Sequence record: NC_041871.1
Length of the DNA stretch: 64,000 nucleotides
DNA from: Escherichia phage Murica
Reading direction: 5' to 3' (one strand)
The notes below the pieces were generated by a model. It saw nothing but the letters and a program-made list of their open reading frames with translations, was not told the origin of the DNA and searched no databases. How positions within the stretch are numbered: the stretch's first letter is position 1; every line of letters begins with the position of its first letter. The position numbers were made by a program, and so were the translations under genes. Below are positions 46,104 to 56,525 of the stretch, piece after piece.

Positions 46104-46690
46104 TCGGAATTGATGTAGATCTGACACTGGTAGATTCAGGAACAGCATGGTGGGAGTGGTTGGAGCGTTTGTATGGTCCAGCCAGTAAGACAGTAGCTAA
46201 ACCTTCTAATGGGCTAATGTATTACGATCTGTCAAAGTATTGGCCTGATCGTCCCAAAGAAAACATCATAGGACCTTTTGATTTCTGGAGTGATCCGTTC
46301 CTCTACGACTTCCTTAAGCCTGAAGAGGGGGCTATTGAGGTTATGAAAGATTTGGTGGCTCGTGGTCACAAGCTTGCATTTATCTCGGTATGCAAGAAAG
46401 GTCACCTTGCATCTAAATCAAGGTTCTTAAAGCGTTGGACCAGTGATTTTATGGATCTGGACGATCACACCCAAGGCCACGGCTTCTACGCCACACATTT
46501 CAAAGGGAATGTGGCTGTAGATGTTATAATTGACGACAGGCATGAATACCTGAACCAATTCGCTTCACGACCTGAAGTTATTAAAATCCTAAAAGATACA
46601 CCTTATGAGCAATTCGAGGAGTTAAAGGTCAGTGTTGACTATACCGCTAATAGCTGGTATAAAATAGGAAAATTTTTAGAAGGTATTTGA
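46097..46690 (+). CDS. HAD-family phosphatase (possible 5'-deoxynucleotidase)
   Basis: N-terminal DxDxT motif IGIDVDLTLVD. Confidence 0.45.
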   Translation: MLIGIDVDLTLVDSGTAWWEWLERLYGPASKTVAKPSNGLMYYDLSKYWPDRPKENIIGPFDFWSDPFLYDFLKPEEGAIEVMKDLVARGHKLAFISVCKKGHLASKSRFLKRWTSDFMDLDDHTQGHGFYATHFKGNVAVDVIIDDRHEYLNQFASRPEVIKILKDTPYEQFEELKVSVDYTANSWYKIGKFLEGI

Positions 46691-46691
46691 A

Positions 46692-46892
46692 ATGGGCAGA
46701 TGTTCTAAAGGTGGCGATCCTGTAGTCAGATACGGTGACTGGCTAGAGGTGTATGATCTAGGAGGTAAGCTAGTGTATGCCTCCAGGATCACCCAAGACA
46801 TGTGCTCCGATATGTTCAACAGATACCTTGCATTTAAGGCCAACATAAACCCAGACGAAATTTCCAAAATTAAAACAAGGAGAGCTAAATAA
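46692..46892 (+). CDS. hypothetical small protein
   Basis: 66-aa ORF with RBS. Confidence 0.35.
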   Translation: MGRCSKGGDPVVRYGDWLEVYDLGGKLVYASRITQDMCSDMFNRYLAFKANINPDEISKIKTRRAK

Positions 46893-47875
46893 TGCTAAAA
46901 CTGTGCACTGCAAAGATCATTGCTGACAGCATTTCCGAGAAAGGTAAGCGCATCACCACTTTTGAGCTAGAGTATCCTCGAATTATTCACTCAGAGCTTA
47001 TGACGCACCGAGTGTTCAGCCGAAACGCCATGTCTTCCCGTGCAGTGCCTGTCGGAAAGATGCTGCAACAGATTGTGGAGAATCCGGCAATGCCAGTTCG
47101 CTTCGGTGTAAATAAGCGAGGAATGGAAGATGGTGGGGAACACGATCAAAAGATCCGTGTAGAGTACACTGATATGGAGCTAACTCCGGAAGAGTTTTGG
47201 AAAGAAGCTGCAAAAAACGCCGCTTGGCATGCAGAGAAGTTTGCCCTTGCTGGTTACCATAAGCAAGTATGTAACCGCTTAGTGGAGCCTTTTCAGCGCA
47301 TGAAAACAGTTGTAACAAGCACCGAGTGGAATAATTTTTTCCACCTCCGTTGCTGGCACGATGCGGATCCTACGATTCAGATGTTAGCTAATTGTATGTG
47401 GGAGGCTCTTGTGAATAGCACTCCTGAAATCCTTAAACCGGGTCAATGGCACACTCCATATGTAGAGCACGTTTATTTGGACGGGGAGTTTAACTACGCT
47501 GTACGTGACACAGAAGGAAAGCTCTGCATTCTCGATACTAAAGAAGCTCTGTCTATCAGTGCTAGTTGCTGTGCACAAGTATCTTATCGAAATATTGACA
47601 GCACGTTTGAAAAGGCAGACAGTGTGGCTAAAAAATTGATTGGTGGGGATCGTATTCATGCAAGCCCTTACGAGCACCAGGCAACACCTATGGATCACGA
47701 TAACGCAATGGAACGTTTAAACTACTACCTGTCTTCATGTGAAATCACACAAGACATCAGTACTTGGCAGGAAGGTGTAACCCATCAAGACCGTGATGGT
47801 AAATTCTGGTCTGCCAACTTTTGTGGGTGGGTTCAGCACAGACAACTGCTTAATAACCACTTCGTGAAAGGTTAA
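46892..47875 (+). CDS. thyX: flavin-dependent thymidylate synthase
   Basis: ThyX-like motif ELMTHRVFSRNAMSSRA (HR-x7-S-x-R); sits in the nucleotide-metabolism block. Confidence 0.6.
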   Translation: MLKLCTAKIIADSISEKGKRITTFELEYPRIIHSELMTHRVFSRNAMSSRAVPVGKMLQQIVENPAMPVRFGVNKRGMEDGGEHDQKIRVEYTDMELTPEEFWKEAAKNAAWHAEKFALAGYHKQVCNRLVEPFQRMKTVVTSTEWNNFFHLRCWHDADPTIQMLANCMWEALVNSTPEILKPGQWHTPYVEHVYLDGEFNYAVRDTEGKLCILDTKEALSISASCCAQVSYRNIDSTFEKADSVAKKLIGGDRIHASPYEHQATPMDHDNAMERLNYYLSSCEITQDISTWQEGVTHQDRDGKFWSANFCGWVQHRQLLNNHFVKG

Positions 47876-47904
47876 TCCTATCACAGCGATAGGTAACTTT
47901 TGTG

Positions 47905-47933
47905 TTGACTAATAGTATTAGATAATCTATAAT
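47905..47933 (+). promoter_or_regulatory. promoter TTGACT-17-TATAAT
   Basis: near-consensus hexamers with 17-bp AT-rich spacer; the downstream gene start was moved accordingly. Confidence 0.6.
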
Positions 47934-47973
47934 AATGGCTCACTTTGTTGGTGAGCCAGAAATGGAGACAGAT

Positions 47974-48435
47974 ATGAGTAATGTTATGATTCCTAAAAAG
48001 ACATTTATTTCAGTTACTTTGGATTTCCTATCTACCGTTCCCGGGTTTAACGTTCGCACACGAAACGGTCTCCGAGCTGCACTCTTTGCCGTAGGGTTTG
48101 ATTTAAAAAGTATTGATGTTCTTCGTGGAAAAAACGTTCGATGCAAAAATAAGCCAACACATTATCGAAAGGCAGATGTATTTGCTGGTGTCATGCGTGC
48201 AGACTTTAGATACCCGCAAATGTATAACGGTGTAGATATTTTAGATGTGGATAAAGCACCTGGTGAGGCAATGCTTGTTCAAGATCTTCCGTATGATATT
48301 CCTGTAGAGGATCGTGTTAATGTAAGAAAGTATACAAAACAATCTGAAAAGGCTGAAGATATTCATATTGTTGATGAACCTTTCAATTTTGAAGATCTGC
48401 ATCGCCTGGAAAAATTATTCGGTATTGAAAGCTAA
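47974..48435 (+). CDS. hypothetical protein
   Basis: ORF track 47935..48435 trimmed to the ATG after GGAGACAGAT, downstream of the promoter. Confidence 0.4.
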   Translation: MSNVMIPKKTFISVTLDFLSTVPGFNVRTRNGLRAALFAVGFDLKSIDVLRGKNVRCKNKPTHYRKADVFAGVMRADFRYPQMYNGVDILDVDKAPGEAMLVQDLPYDIPVEDRVNVRKYTKQSEKAEDIHIVDEPFNFEDLHRLEKLFGIES

Positions 48436-48445
48436 GGTGGTGAAG

Positions 48446-48676
48446 ATGAGTCATAACTCCAAGTGGAAGGATCTTGGTTTTGCAAGTCGGTCAGAGTATG
48501 TTGGTTGGCTTTGGTTCAACGGCCTGACAAACGATATTAAAATGTATGATGATGTTTATTATGACGAGTATACAGGCAAAATTATAAATATCTCTGTAGA
48601 AGAGGATACCTTTATCCAGCAAGATACTGATACCTGCCTTGATAAATACGTTGATGAAGTGGAGGAAGCAAATTGA
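48446..48676 (+). CDS. hypothetical small protein
   Basis: ATG after AAGGTGGTGAAG; coupled to the nrdA start. Confidence 0.35.
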   Translation: MSHNSKWKDLGFASRSEYVGWLWFNGLTNDIKMYDDVYYDEYTGKIINISVEEDTFIQQDTDTCLDKYVDEVEEAN

Positions 48677-50988
48677 TCACCAAGGTAATTAAAAGCAACG
48701 GATGTGAAGTGGCATTCGATCCAGAACGTTTAAATAAGGCAGCTATTTTCGGTGACGACGGTAACGGCAATTGGTCACATATTGCACTGGATGCATACAA
48801 ACGACTGTATGATGGATGTACAACCAAAGAAGTTAACCAAGCTATCATAGACTCCTGTGTTAGCCGTAAAGACGAAGCACATTCCCGTATGGCTGGTCGT
48901 GTTCTTATTGGTCAGATTTATAAAGAGGCTTTTGGAGGGTTTACAAAGATCCCTTCCTTACCATCATTTTACAACGACATGGTTGAGAAAGGGTATTGGG
49001 AGGATATGGGATATAGCTTTACCGAGCTAAACACTTTAGACGCTGTTATTGACCACAGTAAAGATCTCGGTTATGGCTATGCAGTCCTTAAACAGTTTCG
49101 CGACAAATACGGGATCAAGGATACTCTTAAAGACACCTTGTTTGAATCTCCCCAGATGATGTTTATGGGGATAGCAATGGCTGTCATGAAGAATATGCCG
49201 AAAGAACGTCGTATCAACGATGTTGTAAAATTATACACTTATCTGTCCGACTTAAAGATCAATGCCCCGACACCGTACTTAAACGGGCTGCGCACAGGTA
49301 AGACAGGGTATGCATCTTGTTGTGTAATAAAAGCTGACGATACAGCAAAATCTATTGGTGTGGCACGTGAAGTTGCGTACACAATGACGGTTAACCAAGC
49401 AGGTATCGGCTACTATTTATCATCAAGATCTGCAGGTGATGGTGTTCGCGGTAACACTATTAAACACATGGGTAAGATTCCATATTATCGAGGTATTGAC
49501 GCTGGGGTTAAGGAGAACAGGCAACAATCACGTGGCGGTTCTGCAACAGTATCATTCCTTGCACTAGACCCGCAGATTGATGAGCTAATCCGCTTGAGAA
49601 ACCCTATGACTGTTGCTTCAAAAAGAATCAACACCATGGACTACTCCATCGGTATTAATAGGTCGTTTATCAACCGTGTGGCTAAGAATTTAGATTGGAT
49701 GCTTGTTTCTTATAAGCACGCTCCTCAACTGCATGAGGGTATCTTCACCATGTCTATGGAGGAGTTTGATGCAGAGGTTGATCGTATTGCTAAAGATGAC
49801 AGTATCCCTAAAACATGGATCCGAGCCAGAGATCTTGCTGTTGAACTGATCACGCAGCGTACTGAGGTGGGAAGGCTGTATGTATACTGGACAGATGAGA
49901 TGAATAGACATACACCTTTTAAAGATGTGATCTATTCAAGTAACCTGTGTGCAGAAATAGCCCTCCCTACAAAAGGCTATTCAGATATGCGTAATATCTT
50001 CAAGTACGATGCTGATGATGGAGAGGTTGCATTGTGCTTCCTGTCATCTCTTGTAGCTGGAAGGGTTACTCCAGAGGAGTATGAGGATGTTGCATACTAC
50101 ACGGTGCTTATGATTGACAATGTTATGGAAATCATGACATATCCGTATGAAAATATGGAAAGCACAGTTAAAAAACGCAGATCCATCGGGGTTGGCCTTA
50201 CCAATGTTGCACATTTTATTGCCAGCCACAAGGTTACTTACGGATCTCCTGAAAGTAAACAGCTTGTTCACGATCTTGCAGAACTTCACAGCTACAGCTT
50301 GCATAAGGCAAGTTTACGGTTGGCAAAAGAGCGTGGTGTCTGCGAGTGGATGCATAAAACAAAATATCCAGAAGGTTGGTTACCAATCGACACCTATAAC
50401 AAAGAGGTCGATAGCGTGGTGAAAGATCCTTCTCTTAAACAGGATTGGGAAGGGTTACGTAAAGAAATTATTGAAAATGGTGGGCTACGTAATAGCGTTC
50501 TTGAAGCATATATGCCTAATGAAAGCTCTTCGCTGGCAACAAACACCACTAACGGGGTTTATCCTGTCCGTGAGCACATTATCTTTAAAAAGTCGCCACA
50601 AGGGCAGGTGCTGTTTATCGTTCCTGACTATGATGAGTTGAAAGAGTATTACACCTCGGCTTGGGACGTTGATACTAACGACATGATCGATATGTATGCT
50701 GTGATTCAAAAATTTACAGGTCAGGCAATCAGCGCGGATTTATACATAGATTACACCAAGTTGAAAGATGGTAAAATTTCAATGAAGGAGCAGCTAGGGT
50801 ACCTTATCCGTGCCACTAAATTCGGGATGAAGACATGGTATTATTTAAACTCCAGGGTTGGTGCTGGTGACTCATTGGCAGAGGAACTTCATGCCAAGAA
50901 ACAGGCTGAAGATGAAACCAGAAAGAACTACCCTTTGATTGCAGATAGTTCGGTTGAAGATCCGTATTGCGAAAGTTGTGCACTATAA
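48673..50988 (+). CDS. nrdA: ribonucleotide reductase class I large subunit
   Basis: N-terminal ATP-cone, NLCAEI active-site region, C-terminal CESCAL tail; TTG start with GGAGGAAG RBS. Confidence 0.9.
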   Translation: MITKVIKSNGCEVAFDPERLNKAAIFGDDGNGNWSHIALDAYKRLYDGCTTKEVNQAIIDSCVSRKDEAHSRMAGRVLIGQIYKEAFGGFTKIPSLPSFYNDMVEKGYWEDMGYSFTELNTLDAVIDHSKDLGYGYAVLKQFRDKYGIKDTLKDTLFESPQMMFMGIAMAVMKNMPKERRINDVVKLYTYLSDLKINAPTPYLNGLRTGKTGYASCCVIKADDTAKSIGVAREVAYTMTVNQAGIGYYLSSRSAGDGVRGNTIKHMGKIPYYRGIDAGVKENRQQSRGGSATVSFLALDPQIDELIRLRNPMTVASKRINTMDYSIGINRSFINRVAKNLDWMLVSYKHAPQLHEGIFTMSMEEFDAEVDRIAKDDSIPKTWIRARDLAVELITQRTEVGRLYVYWTDEMNRHTPFKDVIYSSNLCAEIALPTKGYSDMRNIFKYDADDGEVALCFLSSLVAGRVTPEEYEDVAYYTVLMIDNVMEIMTYPYENMESTVKKRRSIGVGLTNVAHFIASHKVTYGSPESKQLVHDLAELHSYSLHKASLRLAKERGVCEWMHKTKYPEGWLPIDTYNKEVDSVVKDPSLKQDWEGLRKEIIENGGLRNSVLEAYMPNESSSLATNTTNGVYPVREHIIFKKSPQGQVLFIVPDYDELKEYYTSAWDVDTNDMIDMYAVIQKFTGQAISADLYIDYTKLKDGKISMKEQLGYLIRATKFGMKTWYYLNSRVGAGDSLAEELHAKKQAEDETRKNYPLIADSSVEDPYCESCAL

Positions 50989-50995
50989 TTTTAAA

Positions 50996-51014
50996 GGGGC
51001 TTCGGCCCCATTTT
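50996..51014 (+). terminator. terminator-like hairpin after nrdA
   Basis: GGGGC-TTCG-GCCCC followed by ATTTTAG. Confidence 0.5.
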
Positions 51015-51027
51015 AGAGGTTAGAATA

Positions 51028-52116
51028 ATGGCTGTATTTAATGCTGAGAACACCGCTCATAAAACTGGTGACTATCCGCTGTTTCTAGGACAGCAAATGG
51101 GTATGTATGACTCTATCAACAAAAAATATCCACAACTGTTTGAACTATACAAAAAACAAAAAGAGCAAGATTGGGCAGAGGATGAAGTGGATTTGTCGCA
51201 ATCTATTTCAGATTTTGTAACATGCTCCAAGTCAACTTATGACGTGATGGTGCAGACCTTGATGTGGCAATGGGAGGCTGATAGCGTTGCGGCAAGATCG
51301 ATCATCTGCCTCTTTTCACCATTCATCACTAATAGTGAGCTTTTCACTCTATTGATGAAACAGTCAGAGATTGAAGTTCTTCACGCACTAACTTACTCAG
51401 AGATTGTTAGACAATGCCTCCCAAATGCCCGTGAGATTATAGAAGAGATTCAGGAAAACCAAAACGTTCTGAGCAGATCTGGCGTTATTGTCAAATACAT
51501 GCAAGAGCTTGAGGTTATTGGTGCAAAATACCGACTGGATCCTTCTAGTGTTGAAGAAGATATTGTGCGGAAATGCATTCTTAGAGCGCTTTTTGCACTT
51601 TTAGCCCTGGAAAGTATTGAGTTTATTGCAAGTTTTGCATGCACTTTCGCAGTAGCTGAACAGGGTATCTTTGTTCAGGTGGCGCAGCTTGTTCAAAAAA
51701 TCATGCTTGACGAAATGCTGCATTCGAAAGGTGATTTTGCCATCATTGATATCCTGCTTAATGATCCCGCATGGGAGAAAAGCTTCCTTGAGATAAAGGG
51801 GGAGTTAAAAGAGATTCTTGATGAAGTACGAACCAAAGAGTACGGTTGGAGTGACTATATTTTCAGCGAAGGAAGAGCGATTATAGGTCTTAACTCACCG
51901 TTGCTTAAAGAATGGGTTGACTATAACTGCTCACCGATTTATGATTACTACGACATCGACAAAGACTTTGTGCCGCCAACAAAGGACCCGCTACCGTTTA
52001 TGCAGGTGTGGATGAAACCTTCATTGCAACAGACGGCAAACCAAGAAATGTCGAACACTGACTACCGCGTCAACACAACTGTTAATGACGCTGAAGAAGA
52101 AATTTGGGAGTTTTAA
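51028..52116 (+). CDS. nrdB: ribonucleotide reductase class I small subunit
   Basis: N-terminal pattern FN...P.F.G...G.Y....F.EL...Q..DW..DEVDL recalled as T4 NrdB-like. Confidence 0.85.
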   Translation: MAVFNAENTAHKTGDYPLFLGQQMGMYDSINKKYPQLFELYKKQKEQDWAEDEVDLSQSISDFVTCSKSTYDVMVQTLMWQWEADSVAARSIICLFSPFITNSELFTLLMKQSEIEVLHALTYSEIVRQCLPNAREIIEEIQENQNVLSRSGVIVKYMQELEVIGAKYRLDPSSVEEDIVRKCILRALFALLALESIEFIASFACTFAVAEQGIFVQVAQLVQKIMLDEMLHSKGDFAIIDILLNDPAWEKSFLEIKGELKEILDEVRTKEYGWSDYIFSEGRAIIGLNSPLLKEWVDYNCSPIYDYYDIDKDFVPPTKDPLPFMQVWMKPSLQQTANQEMSNTDYRVNTTVNDAEEEIWEF

Positions 52117-52119
52117 TAC

Positions 52120-52398
52120 ATGAGCTGTGAAAAATCTTTTTTCTTTATTATTTACGGTAAAGATAACTGCCCACATTGTGTAAGAGCAAAAGAATTTGCA
52201 GTCAGTAAAGGTCTGCCTTTTGTATATAAGACACTTGGCGAGGGTTACACAAAAGAAGAGCTTATTGAGAAGTGCAGTCCAATCGTACCCAGAACGTTGC
52301 CGCAGATCTTCTTAGAAAGCAATCTTGAAAGTGTCCATATAGGCGGTGCCGACGATTTCATCTCTTTTGTTAAGAATGGTTTTGGAGAGAAAAAGTGA
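52120..52398 (+). CDS. glutaredoxin-like redoxin
   Basis: 92 aa with CPHC active-site motif after a beta strand. Confidence 0.65.
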   Translation: MSCEKSFFFIIYGKDNCPHCVRAKEFAVSKGLPFVYKTLGEGYTKEELIEKCSPIVPRTLPQIFLESNLESVHIGGADDFISFVKNGFGEKK

Positions 52399-54518
52399 AA
52401 GTTGTAAAACGGGACGGTAGAGAAGAGGTCTATAACGGAATTAAGGTGATCAAGGCGGCAGAGTCCGCCTTACTTGAGTCTGGACATACTGAAGAAGAAG
52501 CTTACCGGATCGCTTGTGCGGTTAATGAAGTTGTTGCTAACAATCTACCAACCGACCAGTGCACAATCTCTGTAAAAAATATCCATATCCTTGTTGAAGA
52601 TGCTCTTATGGATATGGGTTTAAAATGTGCAGCCAGAGAATACATCCAGTATAGACAGACAAGAGATAATAACAGAGAGGCAGGTGGAAAACTGCTTGCA
52701 GATATTAGTGGCTTCTTGGATCGAACTTGTGATGAATTTACAAAAGAAAACGCAAATAAGCCTACCAATCATGTACACACTCATCGTGACCTGCTTGCAG
52801 GCATCCTTAGCAAACACCTTGCATCAACACAGATCCTGCCAGACCGTGTCTCAGAAGAGCACAATAAAGGCTTCATCCATGTGCATGATCTTGACTACTT
52901 GATCAGTCCGTTAACAAACTGTTGTTTGGTAAATTATCCAGATATGTTGGAAAACGGATTCAACATTGGTAACGCCCATGTCAGTAAGCCGAAGTCAATA
53001 GGGGTTGCAACAACAATCCTTAGCCAAATCTCTAGTGCGGTAGCTAGTGCTCAATATGGGGGTCAGACTATGAGCCATATTGATCATTATCTGGCACAGT
53101 ATGCTGAGGCGACTTATGAGAAGAACCTTAAATTTTGCCAGGAACATTGGTTGCCAGATGCTGAGACTGTTGCAATGCAGATGACAGATAAAGACGTATT
53201 TGACAGCATGCAGACTTTACTCTATCAAATCAATACGTTAACTTCTGTCAACGGGCAAACCCCATTCATCACATTAAGTTTAGGTCTGGACACCTCAGTC
53301 TTTGGTAGAATGATTACCAAAAACTACTTGAAAGTCCACAAAATGGGTCTTGGTGAAGAACGTATCACACCTGTGTTCCCTAAAGTGTTGTTCTTCCTAG
53401 AAGAGGGTGTCAACATGAACCCTGGAGATCCTAACTATGATTTGAAACGATTAGCTCTGGAATGCTCTGCAGAGCGGATTTATCCTGACTTTGTTTCTGT
53501 TCCACTAAATCGTAAAGTGACAGGCTCGACAGATGGCAAAGTAACGAGCATGGGTTGCCGGAGTTTTCTTAGCAAATACAGTGACTTGGAAACAGGCGAG
53601 GAGAAATATCTTGGCAGATTTAACTTAGGCGTTGTTAGCCTTAACCTACCAATGATTGCGGCAAAAGCTAAGACGGAAGGTGTTGATTTCTTTGCAGTTC
53701 TTGACGAATACTTGGATCTTGCATACGAGGCTCACCTTGTAAGGGTTAACCGTCTAAAAGGAACAAAGGCAGGGCAGAACCCCATCATGTGGTGTGAAGG
53801 AGCTCTTGCTCGCCTGGATCCTGAAGAGAGTGTTGATAAACTCTTCTATGACGGGTACGCTTCCATCAGTATTGGGTATATTGGTGTGTATGAAACCTGT
53901 CAGATTTTGGGTAGAGAGGGTGACAAGGCTTTAGCTCTTGGAATCCTTCAGCACATGAGAGATGCTTGTGAGCGATACAAGAAGGAAAGTAGACTAGCGT
54001 TTAGCTTGTACGGCACTCCTTCTGAGAGTCTATGCTATAAAGCTGCAACCTGTCTGGATCGTGAATATCCGGAAGTGTTGAAGCACGAGCATGAATATCT
54101 CACCAACAGTTTCCATCAGCCAGTATGGATAAATAGCTCTCCTTTTGATAAGTGGGAGTATGAGGAAGGTTTTGCTATGATCTCCTCTGGTGGCAACATC
54201 GGATACGTAGAGACACCTAACCTGAAAAACAACTTGGATGCTTTAGAGGCTCTTGTTGACTTCGGGTATAAACACATTATGTATTTTGGTATTAACCAAC
54301 CTGTGGATAAATGTCTCAAGTGTGGTTTCTCTGGTGAGTTCAGTGCAACAGCTAAAGGGTTCTGCTGCCCTGCGTGCGGATGCCACGATGAACAATATAT
54401 CTCAGTGATCCGAAGAGTGTCTGGATATCTTTCCAGTCCTAACTCCCGTCCTTACAATAAAGGTAAGCAAGCGGAAGTTATCGAGCGAGTTAAGCACTAC
54501 GGAAGTTGTGGTTGCTGA
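52395..54518 (+). CDS. nrdD: anaerobic ribonucleotide reductase class III
   Basis: N-terminal ATP-cone; C-terminal Cys cluster CLKCGF...CCPACGC and glycyl-radical motif RRVSGYL. Confidence 0.85.
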   Translation: MKVVKRDGREEVYNGIKVIKAAESALLESGHTEEEAYRIACAVNEVVANNLPTDQCTISVKNIHILVEDALMDMGLKCAAREYIQYRQTRDNNREAGGKLLADISGFLDRTCDEFTKENANKPTNHVHTHRDLLAGILSKHLASTQILPDRVSEEHNKGFIHVHDLDYLISPLTNCCLVNYPDMLENGFNIGNAHVSKPKSIGVATTILSQISSAVASAQYGGQTMSHIDHYLAQYAEATYEKNLKFCQEHWLPDAETVAMQMTDKDVFDSMQTLLYQINTLTSVNGQTPFITLSLGLDTSVFGRMITKNYLKVHKMGLGEERITPVFPKVLFFLEEGVNMNPGDPNYDLKRLALECSAERIYPDFVSVPLNRKVTGSTDGKVTSMGCRSFLSKYSDLETGEEKYLGRFNLGVVSLNLPMIAAKAKTEGVDFFAVLDEYLDLAYEAHLVRVNRLKGTKAGQNPIMWCEGALARLDPEESVDKLFYDGYASISIGYIGVYETCQILGREGDKALALGILQHMRDACERYKKESRLAFSLYGTPSESLCYKAATCLDREYPEVLKHEHEYLTNSFHQPVWINSSPFDKWEYEEGFAMISSGGNIGYVETPNLKNNLDALEALVDFGYKHIMYFGINQPVDKCLKCGFSGEFSATAKGFCCPACGCHDEQYISVIRRVSGYLSSPNSRPYNKGKQAEVIERVKHYGSCGC

Positions 54519-54521
54519 TTC

Positions 54522-54551
54522 TTGACAAAAGCCACAAGGATGTGGCATATT
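54522..54551 (+). promoter_or_regulatory. promoter TTGACA-18-CATATT with CCACA-N4-TGTGG palindrome in the spacer
   Basis: -35 at 54522-54527; palindrome 54532-54545 ends in a TG-containing extended -10. Confidence 0.45.
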
Positions 54552-54581
54552 ATTGACACACAGTGAGCTAGGAGGTGCAGT

Positions 54582-54698
54582 ATGTCATCAGGTATTTATA
54601 AAATTTGCAAGTGCGGCTGTAGTTGCAATCTTCGTTGGTGCAAGGCACTAGACGATTTTATTTGGCATTGCCCTAAATGTGATGCGGAGTATCTATGA
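54582..54698 (+). CDS. small Cys-rich zinc-ribbon-like protein (38 aa)
   Basis: not in the ORF track (below 60 aa); GGAGG RBS then ATG; CKCGCSC...CPKCD; stop overlaps the nrdG ATG. Confidence 0.35.
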   Translation: MSSGIYKICKCGCSCNLRWCKALDDFIWHCPKCDAEYL

Positions 54699-55168
54699 AC
54701 ATTGTCGGATACGCAGAAATATCTTACACCGAAGGGCCAGGTATTAGAACTGCCTTGTGGGTATCTGGGTGCCCACACGCTTGCCCTGGTTGCTTTAATC
54801 AGGCATTTTGGTCAAAAGATAAGGGGAGGGAGTTCACTGAAGAAGACTTGCAAAAAATCTTGTCAGGTTTAGATAACCCGTCTGTGTGCGGTATCTCTCT
54901 GCTGGGTGGAGAACCCTTAGCATACTATAATGAGCCAGATATTATTAGCCTGATGGAGAAAATTAAGGAAAAATTTGGTGACAAGAAAACTATTCTTGTA
55001 TATACTGGGTTCACATTTGACCATATCTCTAGTGATGTTCTTAAACTGGCTGATATCATCATTGACGGTAAGTATGTAAAAGATTTACCAACCAAGAAAC
55101 CGTTCCGAGGCAGTGATAACCAAAGAATGTTTAAAAAAGTATCAGGCGGTTGGGTTCAGGTAGACTAG
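54695..55168 (+). CDS. nrdG: anaerobic ribonucleotide reductase activating protein (radical SAM)
   Basis: N-terminal Cys cluster GCPHACPGC characteristic of NrdG. Confidence 0.8.
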   Translation: MNIVGYAEISYTEGPGIRTALWVSGCPHACPGCFNQAFWSKDKGREFTEEDLQKILSGLDNPSVCGISLLGGEPLAYYNEPDIISLMEKIKEKFGDKKTILVYTGFTFDHISSDVLKLADIIIDGKYVKDLPTKKPFRGSDNQRMFKKVSGGWVQVD

Positions 55169-55171
55169 TTG

Positions 55172-55201
55172 TTGACAAAGCTTTGTTTAGATAGGTATAA
55201 T
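55172..55201 (+). promoter_or_regulatory. promoter TTGACA-18-TATAAT
   Basis: consensus hexamers immediately after the nrdG stop. Confidence 0.6.
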
Positions 55202-55232
55202 TATCGTAAAATGAAAGCAGAGGAGGTGCCAA

Positions 55233-55346
55233 ATGGCTAAAAAAGCCTTGAAGAAGGCGTACAAGAAAGAGATTGCGCTTGAGCTTAAGAAAAAACACAA
55301 GCGTGAAAAGAAACATCATGAAGATGAAGAGGGGGTGCAACAGTGA
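55233..55346 (+). CDS. small basic protein (37 aa)
   Basis: not in the ORF track; GAGGAGG RBS; Lys-rich MAKKALKKAYKKE... Confidence 0.3.
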   Translation: MAKKALKKAYKKEIALELKKKHKREKKHHEDEEGVQQ

Positions 55347-55693
55347 CACAAGAACGTATCGATTTGGCTAATAAGTTTGTAGATCTCATTTTGCCACGGT
55401 TAGTTACTCAACATGCAGATGCTATTTCTACTAATCTTGATGGCTTACGCCTAATGCTGAATCGCACAGATGACCCTCGTATTCGGGCTGATTTAGAAGC
55501 CTCTGCCAACAAACTGGAAAAGTTCTTGCAAGTAGACACGCAAGAAGCCTTGCACAAGATTATGGTGGAAGGTTTCTCTAAAGAATTTACCATTAAAGAG
55601 CTTAAGGAGCTGATCCACCAAGAAGAGATGAATATCCGAGTTCAGGCTGTTGCAAGCAGCATGGAAGCGGCTATTGAAAAACTGTTGCAGTAA
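55343..55693 (+). CDS. hypothetical protein
   Basis: 116-aa ORF, GTG start. Confidence 0.4.
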   Translation: MTQERIDLANKFVDLILPRLVTQHADAISTNLDGLRLMLNRTDDPRIRADLEASANKLEKFLQVDTQEALHKIMVEGFSKEFTIKELKELIHQEEMNIRVQAVASSMEAAIEKLLQ

Positions 55694-55731
55694 AAGTACT
55701 TGGCACATCTCAATCTGAAAGGAGTCCCAAC

Positions 55732-56520
55732 ATGGGTCGAGCTAAAGAAACAAAACGCATGCGTGATGAAGCTAGAGAGGCTCGCAAATCTGATCGCCTG
55801 CGTAAGGCTGCTGAGAAATTTGCTGACGAAAGAGAGCACACCGCTCCAGCTCTCCGACCAATGAATAAGAAGCAGCAAAAGTATCTTGATTATCTAGGGT
55901 CACGTAAGATTATTATTGTAAACGGTGTGTTTGGATCCGGTAAGACATTCATGGCATCTGCATATGCAGGTGATCTTCTGCGTAAGAACGAGATTGATAA
56001 GATTATTGTTGCACGTCCTTACGTTCAGACAGGAAAGACTTCAGGATTTAAACCTGGAAATGCAATGCAGAAACTGTGGCCCTATCTTCGAAGCATGATG
56101 GACACGATTTGTCGTCGTGTTGGCAAAGGTGCTTTTGCCGCAATGCTGGGAGACGGTCAGAACAGCCGTATCGAGATTTGTGAAGTTGAAAGCATTCGTG
56201 GTCGTAGTTTCGATGAGCGATGCTTTGTCCTGATTGACGAGGCACAGCAAACTAACCCTGAAGAAATGTTGTCAATTATCACAAGGATCTCTGATCAAGC
56301 CACCCTTGTAATTATGGGTGATAATAGCCAACGTGACATCCCTGGTAAATCTGGCCTTGCATGGGTGACGGATTTCTTTACTCGTCATCCAGATCCTGAG
56401 GTTGGAATGATCAGCTTTGATAGTCCAGACGATGTCGTTCGTTCCGGGTTGGGTCGTCAGATCGCACTCAATCTTATTGATGATCGTGCAAATCATATTT
56501 GGACCCCTGTTTCCGAGTAA
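55732..56520 (+). CDS. phoH: PhoH-like ATPase
   Basis: Walker A GVFGSGKTF, Walker B LIDEAQ; AAGGAG RBS. Confidence 0.8.
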   Translation: MGRAKETKRMRDEAREARKSDRLRKAAEKFADEREHTAPALRPMNKKQQKYLDYLGSRKIIIVNGVFGSGKTFMASAYAGDLLRKNEIDKIIVARPYVQTGKTSGFKPGNAMQKLWPYLRSMMDTICRRVGKGAFAAMLGDGQNSRIEICEVESIRGRSFDERCFVLIDEAQQTNPEEMLSIITRISDQATLVIMGDNSQRDIPGKSGLAWVTDFFTRHPDPEVGMISFDSPDDVVRSGLGRQIALNLIDDRANHIWTPVSE

Positions 56521-56525
56521 TACAG

